Shown here in pieces: positions 32,819 to 34,326 of a DNA stretch of 34,326 bases. The translations under genes were made by a program, and so were the position numbers. The stretch comes from Candidatus Aenigmatarchaeota archaeon (GTDB lineage Archaea; Aenigmatarchaeota; Aenigmatarchaeia; GW2011-AR5). The stretch covers positions 1 through 34,326 of the forward strand of contig JACPJX010000018.1 in assembly GCA_016187365.1 (NCBI GenBank), written 5' to 3'. The notes beneath the pieces are model-generated. The model was not told where the DNA came from, made no database searches, and saw only the letters and a list, made by a program, of their open reading frames with translations. Within the stretch, counting starts at the first letter, position 1. The number at the start of each line of letters is the position of its first letter.

Positions 32819-33820
32819 TTAGGCTTCCTTCTTGCCTATGACGTTCACGCTCACCGACTGTTTTGTGAAGTATTTGTAGTTTATGTCGAACACGAGGCTG
32901 ACCTTTCCTGTGGGCAGACTTCTCCATGAACTCTTGCTGAACTTTATGTTGCACACTATGGGGACGTTCTGCGTCTCCCTGAGCCTTACTGTGAGCCTGT
33001 CGCTTCCTGTCCCCTGCACGGCGCTGTCAAGGTCAAGCGTCGTGCCGCTTGTCTGGCCGAGGCAGTTGGAAAATTCGACGTTTGATCCCAAAATCTTTAT
33101 TGTTCCTGTCAGCTTCCCTTCATCAGTCGAAACCGCCGGATCGCCGGTCGGGAATCCGCTCCCGGTATTCTGGAACTCTATCTTCAGCGGATACACATAC
33201 CAGTTGGGGTCGTCGCTGGCCCCCTCGGTGTCGACTATTATGAATGTGCTTTTTGCCGTTGAAGGCACTGAGAGCTTCAATGGGCCGTTGCTGTTCTGGA
33301 CTATCGGAGGCTCTATTGTCGAGCCCGTTATCTGCTGTCTCCTGTATTCCTCGTCGTTCACCGTGGTGAACTGCAGGAAGCCGTTCATGTTGTAATCATA
33401 CGTCACCCTTGCCTCGACGCTTGCCGGGGTTGTGATGCCCTGCGGTATCTGCGGTGTCTTGAACTCCCACTGCGCCGCGCGGAAGTCTCCCGGAAGGTTT
33501 CTTTCAGGCTGCGGCGGCCTCAGCGTCCCGAAACTCCTGCTTGTTATCTGGCTGACAACGCCGCCCCCTGAAGGGTCCCTCCACTGGCCCTCGACGCCGT
33601 AAAGCGTCACTTCAACATTTCTTGCGTCAGTGCCGCCTATATTTTCGGCTTCAACATCGAATATCACGCTGTCGCCCGAGAAAACTTCGATGACAGAAGG
33701 CGTTGTCGTGAATGAACTTATGCGGACGCCCTCGTTGGCGCTCACGGTCGTGGAGCGCTGGCCCCCGACGCACCCGAGAACAAATACAAGGGCAAGAACA
33801 GCAAGAATCGCAAATTTCAT
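32819..33820 (-). CDS. secreted/lipobox-like surface protein, paralog 2 (333 aa)
   Basis: The signal peptide is MKFAILAVLALVFVLGC. The protein carries VIFDVEAENIGGTDARNVEVTLYG (CARDB-like), PPQPERNLPG, EFQNTGSGFPTGD and VSLVFDINYKYF. Confidence 0.8.
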   Translation of the reverse strand: MKFAILAVLALVFVLGCVGGQRSTTVSANEGVRISSFTTTPSVIEVFSGDSVIFDVEAENIGGTDARNVEVTLYGVEGQWRDPSGGGVVSQITSRSFGTLRPPQPERNLPGDFRAAQWEFKTPQIPQGITTPASVEARVTYDYNMNGFLQFTTVNDEEYRRQQITGSTIEPPIVQNSNGPLKLSVPSTAKSTFIIVDTEGASDDPNWYVYPLKIEFQNTGSGFPTGDPAVSTDEGKLTGTIKILGSNVEFSNCLGQTSGTTLDLDSAVQGTGSDRLTVRLRETQNVPIVCNIKFSKSSWRSLPTGKVSLVFDINYKYFTKQSVSVNVIGKKEA

Positions 33821-33926
33821 TTACATCACTGCATATAGATATGATTGTCACGGTTTAAAAAGGTTTTTTGCTCATTTGGCTTTGTTTAAAAAGTCGTGAG
33901 CATCTGTCTGATGCCCACTGACGGGT

Positions 33927-33958
33927 AAGCCATTGGCTGCAAAGCATGCCAATGGCTT
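33927..33958 (-). terminator. 11-bp inverted repeat AAGCCATTGGC-N10-GCCAATGGCTT downstream of paralog 3
   Basis: Read directly from the sequence. It begins about 20 nt past the stop at 33980, and a T5 run follows about 35 nt later on the minus strand. Confidence 0.35.
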
Positions 33959-33979
33959 CACTTTTTAAACAAATCCTGC

Positions 33980-34326
33980 TCATTTGACTATCCTTATGTC
34001 AAGGCTCTGCCTCGTCTCGTAATTATATAATATCTTTATTGCCATCGGATAATTGCCTATTACGTCTATGTTGTCGGGCGGGAGGAGTTCGCACGTTATC
34101 CTCGGGAACCTGTCCCCTATGGGCGAGAGCTTCTGGTCAAGGCGCTCGCATTTGACAAGATTGTCCCCTATAGTGAAATCTGATACAGAGCCTTGCAGAC
34201 CAAGTTCTATCCGGTTGCTCTGTATTTCTGCCGGTTTCCGGATATCGGTTCCCTGCACGATTACAAAGTTTCCCGGCTCGATGTCCCCGACGAACCCGCT
34301 GCCGGTGTTTCTTATTGTCAGGTAAA
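33980..34326 (-). CDS. secreted surface protein, paralog 3 (C-terminal part; truncated by the window edge)
   Basis: The frame stays open upstream of the track's GTG to the window end (...YLTIRNTGSGFVGDIEPGNFVIVQGTD...). The NTGSGF block and the terminal ...KILYNYETRQSLDIRIVK match the other two paralogs. Confidence 0.65.
   Translation of the reverse strand, partial: YLTIRNTGSGFVGDIEPGNFVIVQGTDIRKPAEIQSNRIELGLQGSVSDFTIGDNLVKCERLDQKLSPIGDRFPRITCELLPPDNIDVIGNYPMAIKILYNYETRQSLDIRIVK

Noticed and set aside
1-34326. CRISPR arrays, transposases, integrases or toxin-antitoxin/defence cassettes
   Set aside because: No spaced direct-repeat arrays were seen, and no ORFs have recombinase, transposase or nuclease-defence signatures. 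The only hints of foreign DNA are the low-GC left edge and the short tRNA-Ile 5' duplicate.

Overview
This window is archaeal chromosomal DNA. It is densely packed and mostly transcribed on the minus strand. By eye the GC content is mid-to-high 40s percent, except for the first ~300 nt, which are about 35% GC.

Core information-processing genes dominate:
- ftsZ-secE-spt5/nusG-rpl11
- FKBP-type PPIase
- leuS, pheS/pheT, glyS
- a MinD-like ATPase
- tRNA-splicing endonuclease
- topoisomerase VI subunits B and A
- a KH (Dim2-like) protein, aIF1A, an NMD3-like protein
- thermosome
- a COG1395-type HTH regulator
- a DUF192 protein and an EndoQ-like PHP nuclease

Features that stand out:
1. All five tRNA genes are interrupted. 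I count about seven insertions, most at non-canonical D-loop, T-loop or variable-region positions. Two of these genes sit directly upstream of endA. One tRNA reads as tRNA-Ile with a UAU anticodon.
2. A four-CBS-domain protein carries a C-terminal domain whose pattern matches the HPF/RaiA ribosome-hibernation fold.
3. A type IV pilus-like operon encodes four MKG(Q/F) class III signal-peptide proteins, a FlaI/GspE-type ATPase and a platform protein split into two genes. The 281-nt spacer between the two platform genes contains three strong hairpins with strand-specific support.
4. Three tandem, divergent paralogous secreted (lipobox-like) CARDB-like surface proteins lie at the right edge.
5. 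A family of CAAAGG...CCTTTG palindromes flanks the thermosome gene.

No CRISPR array, integrase or transposase was seen. The combination of features is consistent with a small-genome (DPANN/ARMAN-like) archaeon, but that is inference only.
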